Source: a bacterium
GTDB taxonomy: Bacteria > UBA10199 > JACPAL01 > GCA-016699445
Assembly: GCA_035454885.1 (NCBI GenBank)
Contig: DATIGE010000056.1
Location: forward strand, 9,290 to 73,289
Direction of reading: 5' to 3'
DNA length: 64,000 nucleotides
Made by a program: the position numbers and the translations under genes. A model generated the notes under the pieces. The model worked only from the letters and a program-made list of their open reading frames with translations. It made no database searches and was not told the DNA's origin. Below are positions 62,111-64,000 of the stretch, piece after piece; position 1 is the stretch's first letter, and each line of letters starts with the position of its first letter.

Positions 62111-62449
62111 TTAGTCTTTTCCCGCGTCCAATTTATCCATGATTATTTTTAACTGATACATGATCACTGCATCAGTGGGAACAGAAGTAAAGTCCTTATC
62201 CACCGAATTGCCGAAGTTTTTGACGGTAAACTCCTTAAAATCACGACCATTAAAGTCTTTGCCAAAGAATTCAGATACATTGTTTGTCGGAATGAATATG
62301 TAGGTTACGGAGTCCGCTGGATTTATGACTGCCTTATTCCTGATTGCTGGCGAATCATGAAAGTAAGCATGAGCAGCGGTCGCTATGAATGCTGCAGACA
62401 TGAATCCTGTGAGTACCGACATGAGACGTTTTTTCTTTGCTGTGACCAT
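62111..62449 (-). CDS. hypothetical small exported protein (112 aa)
   Basis: Signal-like N-terminus KKKRLMSVLTGFMSAAFIATAAHA. Low-GC codon usage matches its neighbours. Confidence 0.5.
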   Translation of the reverse strand: MVTAKKKRLMSVLTGFMSAAFIATAAHAYFHDSPAIRNKAVINPADSVTYIFIPTNNVSEFFGKDFNGRDFKEFTVKNFGNSVDKDFTSVPTDAVIMYQLKIIMDKLDAGKD

Positions 62450-62599
62450 ATCCGTATCCTCCCATTGGTTGTTTGAGCCTTGTGAGTTGCAAAGGCGAGG
62501 CCAAAAAGCAGCATACAGAGAAGGATATGCAGGTTCCTGAATTTATATGGTTTTCTTGAAAAAACTTGCTTCAACATGCCCCGTCAGATGAGTGTTTAA

Positions 62600-63202
62600 T
62601 TACCCAATGTCAAGAATAGGACACTTAAGAGACATGAGAATCTCATCGAACGTGGAATCAGACGTCCGAAAGGCGTCGGGTCGATATCCTATTTTTTCGA
62701 AACCTGCTTTTTCATAAAGTTTGATGGCTGCTTGATTGGAGGACAGAACCAAGAGATCAAGCCATGAAAGACGGTTCGACTTCGTCCAATCAATGGCATT
62801 ATTCAACAACGCAGTGCCGAATCCTCGTCCTCTCATTGCACCAAGGACACCCATAGAAATACTGGCGCGATGGAGTTCAGCCAAGGTCCTTCCGCCCCTC
62901 AATTCCAAGTGCCCCAAGACGAACTGATCGGAGCCATCCATAAGTAAGAAGGCCCGTCCCCATTGGGGTTCATTGAGACCTCGCGTCCAACGCTCCAAAC
63001 TCGCTTTATGAAGAGAAGCTTCATCGATCTTTCCTGATGGGGCAAAAGAAATGCGATCCACTCCACTCAATGATTGGAACAATTCCGAAATATGTCCGAC
63101 AAAACGATGAATATCCGCTTCTCCGGCCATACGAATGAGTTCGCCAGATGCCATAACCTGTGTCGGGGGGACACATCCTGAAATAAGCGGAATAACGCCC
63201 AT
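62600..63202 (-). CDS. GNAT family N-acetyltransferase
   Basis: Acetyl-CoA motif A (MRGRGFGTALL) followed by NQAAIKLYEKAGFEKIGY. Confidence 0.8.
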   Translation of the reverse strand: MGVIPLISGCVPPTQVMASGELIRMAGEADIHRFVGHISELFQSLSGVDRISFAPSGKIDEASLHKASLERWTRGLNEPQWGRAFLLMDGSDQFVLGHLELRGGRTLAELHRASISMGVLGAMRGRGFGTALLNNAIDWTKSNRLSWLDLLVLSSNQAAIKLYEKAGFEKIGYRPDAFRTSDSTFDEILMSLKCPILDIG

Positions 63203-63674
63203 GAGAACGGTTTATCGTTCCAATAGTGATTTTGTTGCCTATTTTAGGCGAGCAGGTGAGGAATTGCAGCAAGAGCTTCTCTTAACTTTTCAGGCGCTGA
63301 GCCATCCCCACCCTGAGCCATGTCGGGGCGGCTACCGCCTGAAAGACCGTCCTGGCGAAGGACAAGGATAACAAAACACAGCGTCAGACCGTGCACGCCG
63401 CCGGCTCGATCTTCTGGCTCCGGCATACAGGACGTGGATTAGGCAGAGAACTCGTCAAGACAGTAAATGGCTGGTCCGTGGAGCAGATTCAGCTGATTTG
63501 GCTCGATCTACCGTGTTTGAGAACAACGAACCATCCAAGAACCTCTACGCAAAGCTTGGCTTTACTCAAGTCGGCTACCGGGAAGATGCCTTTCAACTTG
63601 AGTCCGGCGTGACGGTAAATGAAATCCACATGTCCCTTCGACTTCGAAGAAACAAAGCCACTAGGCAGCTCTAG
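63201..63674 (+). pseudogene. decayed GNAT acetyltransferase paralogue (stop, internal loss and frameshift)
   Basis: There are three pieces in different frames. The first is FRRAGEELQQELLLTFQALS, ending at TAA 63369-63371. The second is HTGRGLGRELVKTVNGW..QLIWLDL, in frame from 63391. The third is VFENNEPSKNLYAKLGFTQVGYREDAF...EIHMSL, in frame from 63513 to TAG 63672-63674. Together they parallel the intact neighbour's IRMAGEAD..LFQSLS / MRGRGFGTALLNNAIDW..LSWLDL / NQAAIKLYEKAGFEKIGYRPDAF..EILMSL. Confidence 0.5.
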
Positions 63675-64000
63675 CCGCAATGGTGCTTCTGCCGAGATCC
63701 ACTTTGATTTGGGAGAATAGTTTCTCGTCCAAAAATGTTTGAAAATCGCGCTTGAAATCACCTAAGGTGTAAATCCGGTAAAGCCAATATGGAACCTTCC
63801 GCTCCATCGCCCAATCGTCCCACATTTCAAAGAGCCTTGTTCCTCCCAAATGCACGTTTTCTATAATCATGAGCGAAAGTTTTGGATCGCCGTTAATGAG
63901 CAAGTGGCTGAACTCAACCAGCTTCGCAAGATATTCAGAACTCAGAGTCGGATGAGGAATATGGTAATACGATGCGAATAAATCAGGATATTTCCTGATG
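63661..64000 (-). CDS. hypothetical protein, 5' end outside the window
   Basis: The minus-strand frame is open from the window edge (IRKYPDLFASYYHIPHPTLSSEYLAKLVEF...) to stop 63661-63663. Low-GC composition. No motif recognised. Confidence 0.45.
   Translation of the reverse strand, partial: IRKYPDLFASYYHIPHPTLSSEYLAKLVEFSHLLINGDPKLSLMIIENVHLGGTRLFEMWDDWAMERKVPYWLYRIYTLGDFKRDFQTFLDEKLFSQIKVDLGRSTIAARAA

Noticed and set aside
1-64000. Search for CRISPR arrays, rRNA genes, IS elements, integrases, and phage or toxin-antitoxin modules
   Set aside because: By eye I found no regularly spaced direct repeats, no rRNA-like sequence and no transposase, integrase or phage-like ORFs. Absence is based on manual reading only, and a computational scan could still find small elements.

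Overview
This is a 64-kb segment of a high-GC (by eye roughly 60-65% G+C) chromosome from a diderm bacterium, as shown by BamD, an OmpA-family protein, a beta-barrel OMP, a sigma-54 activator and RpoH. It falls into three parts. (1) 1-24.3 kb: a divergently transcribed secreted TSP3-repeat protein is followed by eleven co-directional plus-strand genes that resemble no characterised family I recognise. They include three paralogue families (A x3, B x3, C x2). None has a Sec signal peptide, and most carry internal hydrophobic anchors and Gly/Pro-rich low-complexity tails. They form eight transcription units, and each unit is preceded by one copy of the same fixed-spacing motif, GCAAC-N15/16-(G)CCGATAA. 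The -10 half of that motif equals the sigma-28/FliA octamer. This cluster is the candidate undescribed system. (2) 24.3-61.2 kb: ordinary core genes. These are a sulfite/nitrite reductase with a divergent rhodanese-MoeB/ThiF, a peroxiredoxin, and an envelope gene block downstream of a near-consensus sigma-54 promoter. Next to that block lies a Ser/Thr-kinase-TPR-GAF-sigma54-activator fusion. The rest are ybdK, an M23 peptidase, an HK plus two response regulators, cutA, tRNA-Pro, fadE, rdgB, dnaB-rplI-(DUF2232)-rpsR-rpsF, pth-rplY-prs-tRNA-Gln-ispE, clpB-htrA divergent from rpoH-bamD, and a TPR protein. (3) 61.2-64 kb: G+C drops abruptly to roughly 35-45%. This patch holds a fatty-acid-hydroxylase-family gene, a small secreted ORF, a GNAT acetyltransferase placed head-to-head with a decayed GNAT paralogue, and a partial ORF. 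I saw no CRISPR array, rRNA, transposase, integrase or phage gene. Many long ORFs in the supplied track are antisense shadow ORFs typical of high-GC DNA and were rejected.
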